A stretch of 64,000 nt of DNA from Anthoceros angustus (taxonomy: Eukaryota; Plantae; Anthocerotophyta), in the NCBI GenBank assembly GCA_010909165.1, contig MU008170.1, positions 1,178,001-1,242,000 on the forward strand. The letters are read 5' to 3'. The notes beneath the pieces were generated by a model. It was not told where the DNA came from and did no database searches. It saw nothing but the letters and a program-made list of their open reading frames with translations. Positions 38,601-50,317 of the stretch are shown here, in pieces. The first letter of the stretch is position 1. The number at the start of each line of letters is the position of its first letter. The translations under genes were made by a program, and so were the position numbers.

Positions 38601-41488
38601 CAACTCGCAGCTTATCCTCTCCGCTTTTTGTCCACCGCATACAGTTTCGGAGGAGGAATCTCTACACAATCGACCGCATCTGGCTCGATTCGTGATGGTA
38701 TTTGCTTCTAAGGTTAGCCTTCATTCCAAGGTTGCTTCAAAGTTAGCCTACTGAATTTTCGATGGAAGTGCCACGCATGTGGGGTGCGTGGAAGTGAGGG
38801 CCACAATGGCACGCTGGAGGGAGGGCGCCCGGAAGCCGGGCGCCTAGTGCCAAGACCACCTGGCTTGCCCACCCCACGGTGGTTACACAGGAGGGCGCCG
38901 GCCGACGCCTCCTTCACGCCGCCACTTGCCTGGGCCTACGGGTGGCAGCGCGAGGGCTGGCGCCTACCGGGCGGTGCTCTCCCTTAGCACCACCCATCGG
39001 CTGGTAGGCGGTGGAGCTTGGGGAGGGCGCCGCCGCCGGCGCCTCCCAAAGATGCTCGCCTCATGGCGCACTGGCCGGCGCCTCAAGATGCCTCGCCTCA
39101 TGGGCGCGGCCGGCATGGCGCCTCCTACCACACACTCCTACGATGGGCTGGCCGGTTTCTCCCCCAACACGCCTCGCCGCCTATGGGCGCTTTCACGGCT
39201 GCTTTCCCCAGCACACCTGGCCCATGGCGCCACCACGGCCCTCCCTAGCACACTTGCCATGGGGCGGGCCGACTGCGCCTCCCTAGCACACCTCGTCCCA
39301 TGGGCGCCGGCTCCTCGCGCCTCCTCCCCAACACGCCCCCGCCTCCCTAGCATTACCTGCACCATGGGCGCCGGCCGGCCGGCGCCCACCCTCCAACACG
39401 CCATGCCTGTGCCAGCGCCGGCCACGGCGCCCCTAGCACACCTTGCTCCTACCGCACGCCTACGCCTCATAGGCTGTCTTTAAGAAAATAAATATTTAAC
39501 GGCTCAATAAATTTGGAACTTGGGACCATTGGTCAAGTGTTTGGGAAAAAGATGAAGTAATGTATAGGTTCCGTGTTCAAAACCCATATCTTCTTAATTA
39601 CTCAACTTTGTTGATTTTAAGGATGCTTGCATGGGCACATGGGCAACTAACTTTGTTCATTTTAAGGACGCTGGCATTGCCTTAAAGCCCAAGTGGTTGC
39701 ATTGAGTACCAGAAGGTTGAAGACCACGACCGGGCGACTCTTGGATGAGGGTCAGACCCTAGATGTCAGGTGGCGCCGACACCGCCTTATCACCAAGAAT
39801 GATACTATTGAAGACAAGCAAGCAATGGAGGAGAACGACAACTTTGAGGCGGACGATATGGACCGCCGCATTATCAAAGTAGGGCAGATATGCTGTTCTA
39901 GGAAAGGTGTTCTTCGTGACAAGGGGGTGTTGTCTCGACCGAAGGGGGTTACTATATTCCCCCCCTTCAAAAATTATCATGTTGAGGGATCAGGGCCTAT
40001 CTTCTGCAAGTGAGGACCCGAAGTGGATACTTCTTCCATTGCGCCTGAGTATGGGGATTGGCCCCCTATTATGCGGAGGCGATTTTGGAGGAGCTGACGG
40101 AAGAAGAAGTCCACGCGTGGGTGGACGAAGAGCCTGTAATAATCCTCAGCAATAGGCGACAGGCTGGAGTGGAGGAGCTTCAAGGGCTGAGATACCCGAT
40201 TAGGGACGCCCAAAGAACGATAGCAGGTGGAGGTCTTGTGGAGGACCTGATCACGGGCGAGGCAGAGGGCCGCGGGCGGCGGCAGCTGAGGACGGCGCAG
40301 TGCCAAGTCGGGAAGGGCGCGAGATAGCGAGGGCAACAGGTGACAGCATCCTAGGAAGGAATTTGATTGGGATGCCACATCGACCTAAGATCGCCGGAAT
40401 TGTAAGCGCCTCTTCGCGAGTACCGCTTTAGAACCCGAAACTGGGGCTAACTGGACGCCCAACCGATGTGGGGCAAGGAAGACAGCTCGCCGCAGAGATA
40501 ATTCGTTGAGATCCCCACGCCGCCGTGGTCGGGGACGCCCGATTGATAGAGGCGCGAGACTCCCGGGGTGGTCGAGAGCTTGTTCGCAACCGGGGAGGAA
40601 GGTGATAGAGCAATCACCGACAAAGGAGGAGGAAATCGGGATTGGCGCGGGGTCCGAGCTTGCTTGTAATGTCCGGTCAGGACGCCTGAGGGGTTCTTCT
40701 TCCTTCACCTTGATCCTCGAGAAGTTGTGTCAAATCAAGAGAGTGTTGAGTGGATGGTTGGAAGCTTGTGCGTGCATCGAGGAAGAGAAGAGAGAGAGAG
40801 AAGAGATCGGTTGAAGGAGAGATCGAGTGCTGTACGCGATGCGAGGCGTGAGATCGGAAGTGGGGAGAGAAGGAGAACGGATTGAGGGGTTAACAATGGG
40901 GATTGGTACGTGGGAATTGTGAAATCAAGCCGGTGCTGTCTGTGGAAAGTGCACATGGGAAATGGTGTTCCCTGGAGAAATAGTGTGTGAGTGGCGCCCT
41001 TTTGTTTGTGTGTGTGTGTGTGTGTGTGGAATGGGTGTGCGATAACCTAGGAGCTTCCTCTTCTAAGAATCGGTCTGAGCTTAGAGCCTAGAGTGCAGAA
41101 TAAAATCCGGCCTGCAAGTAGAGACAATTTATCCGTGAAGAATTCATGCCAGCGCCGCAGAGGAGGTGCTAGGGTTTGGTGGGACCCACCGTACTGTAAC
41201 CACTACCCGGTAGTGGGGACCACCGGTAGTGGGGAATCACCGTGTAGTAACTCGAGAGGCGGTCATGAATGCTAACCGCTAGAGTTAGACAGAGTGACAG
41301 TGGTAGTTGAGAAGACAGATAGGAAGGGTGATAGCAGGTAAGTTTCAACTTAGGTAAGGGTCAGTAGTGATAGAAGTTAGCATCCCTTGGCACAAACCAT
41401 TCCCTTGGGAGAGAATCCTAGGCCTACAACGACATCGAGGGTAAATGTGGACCTCATGGTGTCCCTAGACACAAGTTCACACTCCACA
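35675..41488 (+). mobile_element. Solo LTR of family A (diverged subfamily) with 5-bp TSD TACAT and a nested insertion
   Basis: TGTAAACGATCT at 35675 and ACTCCACA at 41488, with TACAT at both 35670-35674 and 41489-41493. The interior is colinear with the 3' LTR. Confidence 0.9.
38166..39980 (-). mobile_element. Probable 3' LTR (~1.8 kb) plus PPT of another gypsy family, nested in the solo LTR
   Basis: Minus strand: TTTTTGAAGGGGGGAA purine tract (~39957-39970), then TATAGTAACCCCC.., ending ..GAGATTATCA at 38166. GC-rich GGCGCC/CCCTAGCA repeats lie at 38780-39480. Family A LTR homology stops at ~38160 and resumes at ~39985. Confidence 0.5.
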
Positions 41489-41873
41489 TACATCAAGCGG
41501 CTTCATAGGCCAATATACGCTGAACGGGGTTTGTGATGGGTATCAAATCGGTTCTATGCTACATAGATAGCGGAAAATACTAAAAAATTATGGTGTAGAA
41601 CATGTGGATCATAAGATCCAAGGATGACGATTGGGACAAGAATGGTCTGCACGCCGACACAATACATGATTCCAAGAGAATGGAGACCCATGTCGTAACA
41701 AAGTGCATAGACGCAAAACGTATGAATCCGTCCGCTGTAGTAATTGCGGCTTATTTATGTACATCCTCACATCCTTGCCAACCCAAAAACTATAATGCAT
41801 GGACTTTCGGAAAAGGGAATACATCGGATGAACACCTCGCAAAATGCAGGATATCGTGGTCTGAGTCGGGTGA

Positions 41874-41979
41874 GGGGGTAAGGGCGCTGGCATGCCGGCG
41901 CCCATTATGCCAGCGCCCATTTTCATGCGCCAGCGCTCTAATGCCATGTTCACTTCCTCATGCCGGCGCATTCACCCCC
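41874..41979. mobile_element. Tourist/PIF-Harbinger-like MITE (106 bp)
   Basis: TIRs GGGGGTAAGGGCGCTGGCATG / rc GGGGGTGAATGCGCCGGCATG, with TGA on both flanks (41871-41873, 41980-41982). Confidence 0.6.
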
Positions 41980-42499
41980 TGACCCCTGCTCTCTTTACAC
42001 ATTCAAATTAGAAGGTGCCGCCCGTCTTTCCAAACCGATGCAATAATGAATTGAATTCTCTTTTGCTTGGTCCACATGGGCGGAGCAACTTAGTTTTCAT
42101 CCCCGTGTGTCCTGTTTTTTGAGCAACACGCCTTGAACTAGGGTTGGGGAAACAAAGTGTGATTAACCCTAAGGATTGGGAATATCTACTTCACTGCGAG
42201 AATCTTCAATGAAGAAATCGATGGCCATGTAAGGGGCCCGCATGCCTATTTCAATAACATTTTGTGATACGGGAGATCATAAATTCACTCCCAACCTGAT
42301 ACTACGCTCACGTCTTCCCATTGGCCATTATAGGAGACACCACCATCCAATAGATCTCACTTATCTTGCATCAATCAACAGAATCACATCCTCACTCTTC
42401 GCATGACTCTAAACCTTTTTCCTCGGTCATGGCTGCTTCATTATCGCAAATCCCGCTGCTCCCACCAAAAACTTGAAGTGTGCATTATGGCTGACTCAA

Positions 42500-43200
42500 T
42501 CCAGCTTATACATCGAACCCAGAAGTGTAGGTGGTGACGGAAGTTGCATATTTTCGTTCATTTGTGTGGCCGATGCAGATAGGAGAAGGAGGTCGCAAGT
42601 TCAAAGCCGCAGTGCGGAAGTTGAACAACCTTTCGTTCCAACACCAGTTCAAAATTACCCAAGAAGACAAAGTGGAACGAGGAAAGGTAACGGTCATTCG
42701 GAGTAAACAATACTCGACTTCTCTGTTGTGGGAAACTGAAGATGGCTTGGAGTTCTTGGCTGCTTGTGCCAATAAAGATTATCGGCCCAACTCCCTTAAT
42801 GGCATTGCAGGCGAAAGACAAGAAAGGGTGTGGAGGAGGCTTGAGTGCACGTGAACGGGTAGATCACTTGAAGAGAGGAATGATAAAGTTACCAACTTAT
42901 GTGAATGCTATTGAGGGGGAGTGGTGGGATGATTTCTGGAAGGATCAAGAGGAGATCGCAACGATTGTGGACCATAACATCGGCCTTGTTTTGAAAAACC
43001 CGTGGAAGTGGTACGATAGGGCAGCGGCAGAAGCAAATGTGCCTCCCTTGCTGGCTCCAGAGGAAGCTCTCTTGGATGAAGCATTATTGCGGGATGTACC
43101 ACAACGGGACATGTACCTAGAAGCATATCAAAACGTTGAACGACTTGAAGAGGAAGTGGAGAGGATGAATGGTGACATTATGGAGATTAAAAAAGGTATG
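42500..43200 (+). pseudogene. Possible DNA-transposon-derived ORF C-terminus (DUF7869/Sola-like?)
   Basis: VTEVAYFRSFVWP..LNNLSFQHQFKI..IRSKQYSTSLLWETEDGLEFL resembles the HQF(R/K)..K.YST..W.P..G..L pattern I associate with such proteins. No catalytic motif is seen. Confidence 0.3.
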
Positions 43201-44027
43201 TTCATTGTAACGCCTTGTGAGGGTGACATTTCAACATGTTCTAGGTGGCCAAGGTTGTTAAGTTCCACCTAACCGCCTCGAATTTCTACCTTGTAAACTA
43301 GTGGCGGACCAAACACATGTATGTTTTATATTTTCGCCATATGCTTTTGATAACCAACCTCCACGTCAGATAAATACTTTACTTTCTTGAATACAAATGC
43401 CACTCCTTATGTACTTGTGCACCAGCTCCCGGCTTGGTTTAACCACTTCCTAGAACTTAGATCCAGCTATGGCGTACACTTACTTGCTTTTAAGAGCAGG
43501 CAGCGGCAGCGGCACCTACCCATGAGCACAGCAATGGAGGGGCGAAGGGTCCCGCGAAGTCTGGTTCCCACAATTCCGTGAAAGCCAGCTCTGCAAAGGG
43601 AGCGCAAGGGCCTGGGGAAAGGGTTGGCCTTCCCAAGTCTCAGAAGGCTCCAACCCCGGATCCCATTTATCTCCTTATACGTATGAGGAGGCGGTGCAGC
43701 TACGCAGGCACACAAGCCAGGTTGATGAAGTTGTTTTGTTGGAGAAAGATTGGTTCATGCAACCTGAGGAACTCAAGAGGACAATGGTAATGGACTTTGT
43801 TAAAGCTGTGGATTTTTGGGTTCAATGGTGCTTTGCACAATCAGAGGGCTAGGGCAGGATGGTTTCTGTGGGCTACAATGGATGTGATGGACGGTGAACC
43901 GGAGTTCTAGGTTTTGTGCACATCAAGGCCTTACGAAGTGGAAGGGTTGCCACCGACATCAAACGACTACAATGTGTATATATGTGCTAGCTAAGGAACC
44001 TTCTCTACCTTATTCTTAGGAACTCTT

Positions 44028-47000
44028 CCCTACTAGAAAGGGCAGCCTATGTTACAGTCGTTGTTGCAATTTTATGTTACACTTCTAACTTGCAACATCA
44101 TTTGGAGGCTTGGTATTAAGTTTGTCATTTCTTTCCCCAAGTGGGCCTACAATCTTAACACGAACTGCTCTCTCTCCTACCACTTCACCTCTTAACTACA
44201 TCCCTCTCTCATATGCATTGTTTATGAATTCCTCATGCAATTGCAACATGATCAGAATAAGGACCCTCTCTCTCTCCCCATCTTTATTACACCCCATTGG
44301 GAGTACAATTAGTTAAGGTTTTTCCTAGCGCCTTCTTTGCACTCTCTTCACAACTATTTGTTAATGGTGCCTGCACTGAATATCACAAAGAACATGCCCA
44401 TTAACGTCACCTTTAAAGGTGACCTAAACATAATATTATTTAGTTCGTGGGTCCGAGGCTCACTCTGCCTGTGAGGCAAGGAGAAGGAGGGGAGAGGAGC
44501 AAGAGGAGGGAGGAGGGGGAGGAAGAGGAGGAGAGGAGGAAGGGAGAGGCAAGGAGGAAATAGGGGAGAGGGATCCGAGGTAGAGGAGGAGGAGGAGAGG
44601 AGGAGGAGGAGGAGGAGGAGAGGAGGAAGGGAGAGGCAATGAGGAAAAGGGGAGAGGGATCCGAGGTAGAGGAGGAGGAGGAGGAGGAGGAGGAGGAGAG
44701 GGAGGCGAGAGGAAGGAGGAGGAGGGAAAGCGAAAGGATGAGGGGAGATTATAAGGAGGAGGAGGAAGATGGAAAAGAAGAGGAGCAAGAGGAGGGGAGA
44801 GGAAGGAAGAGGAGGGGAGAGGGAAAGAAGAGGAGGGGTAGATGGAAAGGAGGAGGAGGGGAGAGGGAAAGAAAGAGGCCCGCTCCATGTGATTTCAAGT
44901 AAAGACCCGCTCCAAGCGTGATTTCTAGTCTCAATTTTTCAGCCGATGCGTAACCAGGTGACATGACGAGGTGACGGATGGTGGCGGGATCACGTGTACA
45001 CCCGCAGATCTTGTACTTCCAATACTGTGATTTCCTCTCAAATTTTTCAGGCTATGTAACTAGCTAGTGTCATTTGATGTTAGAGAAGGCGATAGGCAAG
45101 GAGGAAAAGGGGACGGGATCCGAGGTAGATAAGGAGGAGGAGGAGGAGGAGGGAGAGTCAAGGAGGAAAAGGGGAGAGGGATGAGGAGAGGAGGAGGAGG
45201 AGGCAAGGAGGAAAAGGGGAGAGGGATCCGAGGTAGAGGAGGAGGAGGTAGAGAGGCAAGGAGGAAAAGGGGAGAGGGATCCGAGAGGAGGAGGAGGAGA
45301 GAGGCAAGGAGGAAAAGGGGGAGGAGAGGTAGAGGAGGAGGAGGAGGAGGAGGAGGAGGAGGAGAGGCAAGGAGGAGGGGGAGGAGAGGAGGAGGAGGAG
45401 GAGGAGGAGGAGGAGGAGGAGGAGGAGGAGGAGGAGGAGGAGGAGGAGAGGAGGAGGAAAAGGGGAGAGGGAGAGGAGGAGGAGGAGGAGGAGGAGGAGG
45501 AGGAGGAGGAGGAGGAGGAGGAGGAGGAGAGGCAAGGAGGAAATGGGGAGAGGAGGAGGAGAGAGGAGGAGGAGGAGGAGGAGGAGGAGGAGGAGGAGAG
45601 GCAAGGAGGAAAAGGGGAGAGGGATGATATAGAGGAGGAGGAGGAGAGGCAAGGAGGAAAAGGGGAGAGGGAGAGGAGGGAGGAGAGGAGGAGGAAGGAG
45701 GGGGAGGAAGGAGGGGAGATGGGAAGAAGGAGGAGGAAGGAGGGAGGAAGGAGGGGAGATGGGAAGAAGGAGGAGGAAGGAGGGAGGAAGGAGGGAGGAA
45801 GGAGGGGAGATGGGAAGAAGGAGGAGGGGAGAGGGAAGGAAGAGGAGGAGGCCCGTTCCATGCTGTGATTTCAAGTAAAGACCCGCTCCAAGCCGTGATT
45901 TCTAGTCTCAATTTTTCAGCCGATGCGTAACTCAGGTGACATGACGAGGTGACGGATGGTGGCGGGCGGGATCACGTGTACACCCGCATCTTGTACTTCC
46001 AATACTGTGATTTCCTCTCAAATTTTTCAGTCAATAACTAGCTAGTGTCATTTGATGTTAGAGAAGGCGATAGGCAAGGAGGAAAAGGGGACGGGATCCG
46101 AGGTAGATAAGGAGGAGGAGGAGGAGGAGCAGAGAGGAGGAGGAAAAGGGGAGAGGGATAGGTAGAGGAGGAGGAGGGAGAGAGGCAAGGAGGAAAAGGG
46201 GAGAGGAGAGGTAGAGGAGGAGGAGGTAGAGAGGAAGGAGGGGAGAGGAGGAGAGGAGGAGGAGGAGAGAGGTAAGGAGGAAAAGGGGAGAGGAGGAGGA
46301 GGAGAGGAGGAGGAGGAGGAGGAGGAGGAGAGGCAAGGAGGAGGAGGGAGGAGGAGGAGGAGGAGGAGGAGGAGGAGGAGGAGGAGGAGGAGGAGGAGGA
46401 GGAGGAGGAGGAGAGGCAAGGAGGAAAAGGGGAGAGGAGGGAGAGGAGGAGGAGGAGGAGGAGGAGGAGGAGGAGGAGGAGGAGGAGGAGGAGGAGAGGA
46501 GGAGGGGAGGGAGGAGGAGGAGGAGGAGGAGGAGGAGGAGGAGGAGGAGGAGGCAAGGAGGAAATGGGGAGAGGGAGAGAGGAGGAGGAGGAGGAGGAGA
46601 GGCAAGGAGGAAAAGGGGAGAGGGAGAGAGGGAGGAGGAGGAGGAGGAAGGAGGGGGAGGAAGGGAGGGGAGATGGGAAGAAGGAGGAGGAAGGAGGGGA
46701 GAAGGAGGGGAGATGGGAAGAAGGAGGAGGAAGGAGGGAGGAAGGAGGGAGGAAGGAGGGGAGATGGGAAGAAGGAGGAGGGGAGAGGGAAGGAAGAGGA
46801 GGAGGCCCCATGTGATTTCAAGTAGAGACCCAATCCATGCCGTGATTTCCAGAGAGACCCATTCCATGCTATGATTTCCGCCTCAATTTTTCGCTTGATG
46901 CGTAACCACCGTGACATGATGTTGGTGAAGGGATGGTGGTATGATCACGTGTACACCCGCAGATCTTGTACTTCCAATCGTGATTTCCTCTCAAATTTTT

Positions 47001-50000
47001 CAGCTATAACTAGCTAGTGTCATTTGATGTTAGAGAAGGCGATAGGCAAGGAGGAAAAGGGGGACGGGATCCGAGGTAGATAAGGAGGAGGAGGAGGAGG
47101 AGCAGAGAGTCAAGGAGGAAAAGGGGAGAGGGATCCGAGGTAGAGGAGGAGGAGGAGAGGCAAGGAGGAGGAGAGGGATGAGGTAGAGGAGGAGGAGGAG
47201 GTAGAGAGGCAAGGAGGAAAAGGGGAGAGGGATCTGAGGTAGAGGAGGAGGAGGAGAGAGGCAAGGAGGAAAAGGGGAGAGGGAGAGGTAGAGGAGGAGG
47301 AGGAGGAGGAGGAGGAGGAGAGGCAAGGAGGAGGGGGAGGGAGGAGGAGAGGAGGAGGAGGAGGAGGAGGAGGAGGAGGAGGAGGAGGAGGAGGAGGAGG
47401 AGGAGGAGGAGAGGCAAGGAGGAGGGGAGAGGAGGAGAGAGGAGGAGGAGGAGGAGGAGAGGAGGAGGAGGAGGAGGAGGAGGAGGAGGAGGAGAGGCAA
47501 GGAGGAAAGGGGAGAGGGATCCGAGAGAGGAGGAGGAGGAGGAGGAGGAGAGGAGGAGGAGGAGGAGGCAAGGAGGAAAGGGGAGAGGAGGAGGAGGAGG
47601 AGGAGGAGGAGAGGCAAGGAGGAAAAGGGGAGAGGGAGAGGTAGAGGGAGGAGGAGGAGGAGGAGGAAGGAGGGAGGAAGGAGGGGAGATGGGAAGAAGG
47701 AGGAGGAAGGAGGAAGGAGGGGAGATGGGAAGAAGGAGGAGGAAGGAGGGAGGAAGGAGGGGGAGGAAGGAGGGGAGATGGGAAGAAGGAGGAGGGGAGA
47801 GGGAAGGAAGAGGAGGAGGCCCGTTCCATGTGATTTCAAGTAGAGACCCAATCCATGCCGTGATTTCCAGAGAGACCCATTCCATGCTATGATTTCCTCA
47901 ATTTTTCGCTTGATGCGTAACCACCGTGACATGATGTTGGTGAAGGGATGGTGGCGGGCGGGATCACGTACAGCCGCAAGCGTATCTTGTACTTGTAGAG
48001 CATTGCAAGGTCGCCAAGACCGCTCCAATACCGTGATTTCCTCTCAAATTTTTCAATGTGTAACTAGCTAGTGCGATTTGATGTTAGAGAAGGCGATAGT
48101 AGCATGGCGGGTGTCTCGTGTACATGTACAATCGCAAGTAGTTGCAAGGTCGTGCCAAGACCCATTCCATGCGTTATTTTATCTCAAATTTTTCACCGAT
48201 GCGAACTGACTATGATGTGAAGTTAGGGAAGGCGATGGAAGAAGGCAGAGGAGGATAGGAGGAGCAGAGAGTCAAGGAGGAAAAGGGGAGAGGGATCCGA
48301 GGTAGAGGAGGAGGAGGAGAGGCAAGGAGGAGGAGAGGGATGAGGTAGAGGAGGAGGAGGAGGTAGAGAGGCAAGGAGGAAAAGGGGAGAGGGATCTGAG
48401 GTAGAGGAGGAGGAGGAGAGAGGCAAGGAGGAAAAGGGGAGAGGGAGAGGTAGAGGAGGAGGAGGAGGAGGAGGAGGAGGAGAGGCAAGGAGGAGGGGGA
48501 GGGAGGAGGAGAGGAGGAGGAGGAGGAGGAGGAGGAGGAGGAGGAGGAGGAGGAGGAGGAGGAGGAGGAGGAGAGGCAAGGAGGAGGGGAGAGGAGGAGA
48601 GAGGAGGAGGAGGAGGAGGAGAGGAGGAGGAGGAGGAGGAGGAGGAGGAGGAGGAGAGGCAAGGAGGAAAGGGGAGAGGGATCCGAGAGAGGAGGAGGAG
48701 GAGGAGGAGGAGAGGAGGAGGAGGAGGAGGCAAGGAGGAAAGGGGAGAGGAGGAGGAGGAGGAGGAGGAGGAGAGGCAAGGAGGAAAAGGGGAGAGGGAG
48801 AGGTAGAGGGAGGAGGAGGAGGAGGAGGAAGGAGGGAGGAAGGAGGGGAGATGGGAAGAAGGAGGAGGAAGGAGGAAGGAGGGGAGATGGGAAGAAGGAG
48901 GAGGAAGGAGGGAGGAAGGAGGGGGAGGAAGGAGGGGAGATGGGAAGAAGGAGGAGGGGAGAGGGAAGGAAGAGGAGGAGGCCCGTTCCATGTGATTTCA
49001 AGTAGAGACCCAATCCATGCCGTGATTTCCAGAGAGACCCATTCCATGCTATGATTTCCTCAATTTTTCGCTTGATGCGTAACCACCGTGACATGATGTT
49101 GGTGAAGGGATGGTGGCGGGCGGGATCACGTACAGCCGCAAGCGTATCTTGTACTTGTAGAGCATTGCAAGGTCGCCAAGACCTCCAACCGTGATTTCCT
49201 CTCAAATTTTTCAGGCGTAACTAGCTAGTGCGATTTGATGTTAGAGAAGGCGATAGTAGCATGGCGGGTGTCTCGTACATGTACAATCGCAAGTAGTTGC
49301 AAGGTCGCCAAGACCCATTCCATGTCATATTTATCTCAAATTTTTCAGCCGGAACTGCACTATGATGAAGTTAGGGAAGGCGATGGAAGAAGGCGAGGAG
49401 GATAGGAGTGGAGCAACCAACAGCAGCCATGGTCGAGGCAAGGGCAAAAGGCGCAGAATGGACATGAGGCGTTGTCTAGGGGAGAGAGAAGGAGGGAGGA
49501 CTTGAGCCAAACAACCCCACGCGCGATAGCAAACATGGGTCCGCTGTAGCACAAACTCAGAGGCACAAAAGGCAATCGAGTGCTCAAGGACAAACTAGTA
49601 AACGATCGTGGACGTGTACAAAGTATGTACGTTATCCGCAGGACGATATGCTTATTTTATATAAAATAGAATATGACCATATATCATGTGAAATTACCAT
49701 ATAGTATATGTTACCATGAACAATACGTGTATTTTACAAAGAATGTATTCATACATGTATTTTATATATGTGTATTCATAAGTATCGGGAACTACTAAGT
49801 AAAACTAGGTATTCCATAGGGTAATAGTAGTAAAAGAGGAAGGTAGATGGGGAGGAGGTTCGGTACCAAGCCTGCAAAATGTAACAAGAGACGATGTAAC
49901 ACTTTGGTTGTTGCAATTATGTTGAAATTTTGAGAGGGACACAAACCACCTCTCACTACATTGCAACATAATTGTAACAAGACGCTATATGATCAGAATA

Positions 50001-50141
50001 AGGTGGAGGGTTGGTTTCAAACCTAATCGTAATAAGGGGTCCCAAAAGTGTAACAAGACCCCAAGATTTTAACATAATTGCAACAAAGGGGGGTCCAAAT
50101 CTTAACATAAAGTGTAACATGACTGCCCTTTTCTAGTAGGG
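44028..50141. mobile_element. Non-autonomous CACTA/CMC-like DNA transposon with CCCTA termini and 3-bp TSD CTT
   Basis: Left CCCTACTAGAAAGGGCAG..TGTTACA, right rc CCCTACTAGAAAAGGGCAGTCATGTTACA. CTT at 44025-44027 and 50142-50144. Subterminal TTGCAACAT(A)/ATGTTGCAA-type repeats at both ends. No transposase ORF. Confidence 0.85.
44479..49500 (+). repeat. Higher-order array: five ~0.4-0.8 kb polypurine (GAG)n-rich tracts separated by conserved ~0.2-0.4 kb spacers
   Basis: Tracts at ~44479-44878, 45096-45849, 46076-46805, 47044-47819 and 48229-48980. They contain sub-repeats AGAGGCAAGGAGGAAAAGGGGAGAGGGATCCGAGGT and AAGGAGGGGAGATGGGAAG. Spacers share CCATG..GTGATTTC repeats and TAACTAGCTAGTG. Confidence 0.95.
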
Positions 50142-50317
50142 CTTGCAGAATGCATTTGACTCTGCTCTTCCTGGTACAAGGCACCAATTACTTCTTCCAA
50201 GGTAATGGTGCTTGTGATGAACTTCTAAAGGCAGCAGAGGGCTGTGCCTTATAAATGGGGCCATTTTGGCTAGTCACAAAGGATTGATATGAGGGATGCA
50301 GGCTTGTAAGAAGTTGC

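Noticed and set aside
38926-39483. GC-rich ORFs (185 aa and 110 aa)
   Set aside because: They arise from GGCGCC-rich repeats in a probable LTR and show no domain motif.
38160-39985. Weak inverted similarity ATGATAAT..AAGGGG at both ends as a DNA-transposon TIR
   Set aside because: Better explained as an LTR end on one side and a PPT-containing pol tail on the other; no TSD.
44354-49205. Long Pro/Ser/Leu/Gly/Glu-rich ORFs as extensin or glycine-rich protein genes
   Set aside because: They are open in all frames only because (GAG/CTC)n lacks stops, and they lie inside a TIR/TSD-bounded transposon.
44879-49370. Repeat-spacer periodicity resembling a CRISPR array
   Set aside because: Units are ~1 kb, the intervening tracts are low-complexity and related to each other, there are no cas genes, and the context is eukaryotic.
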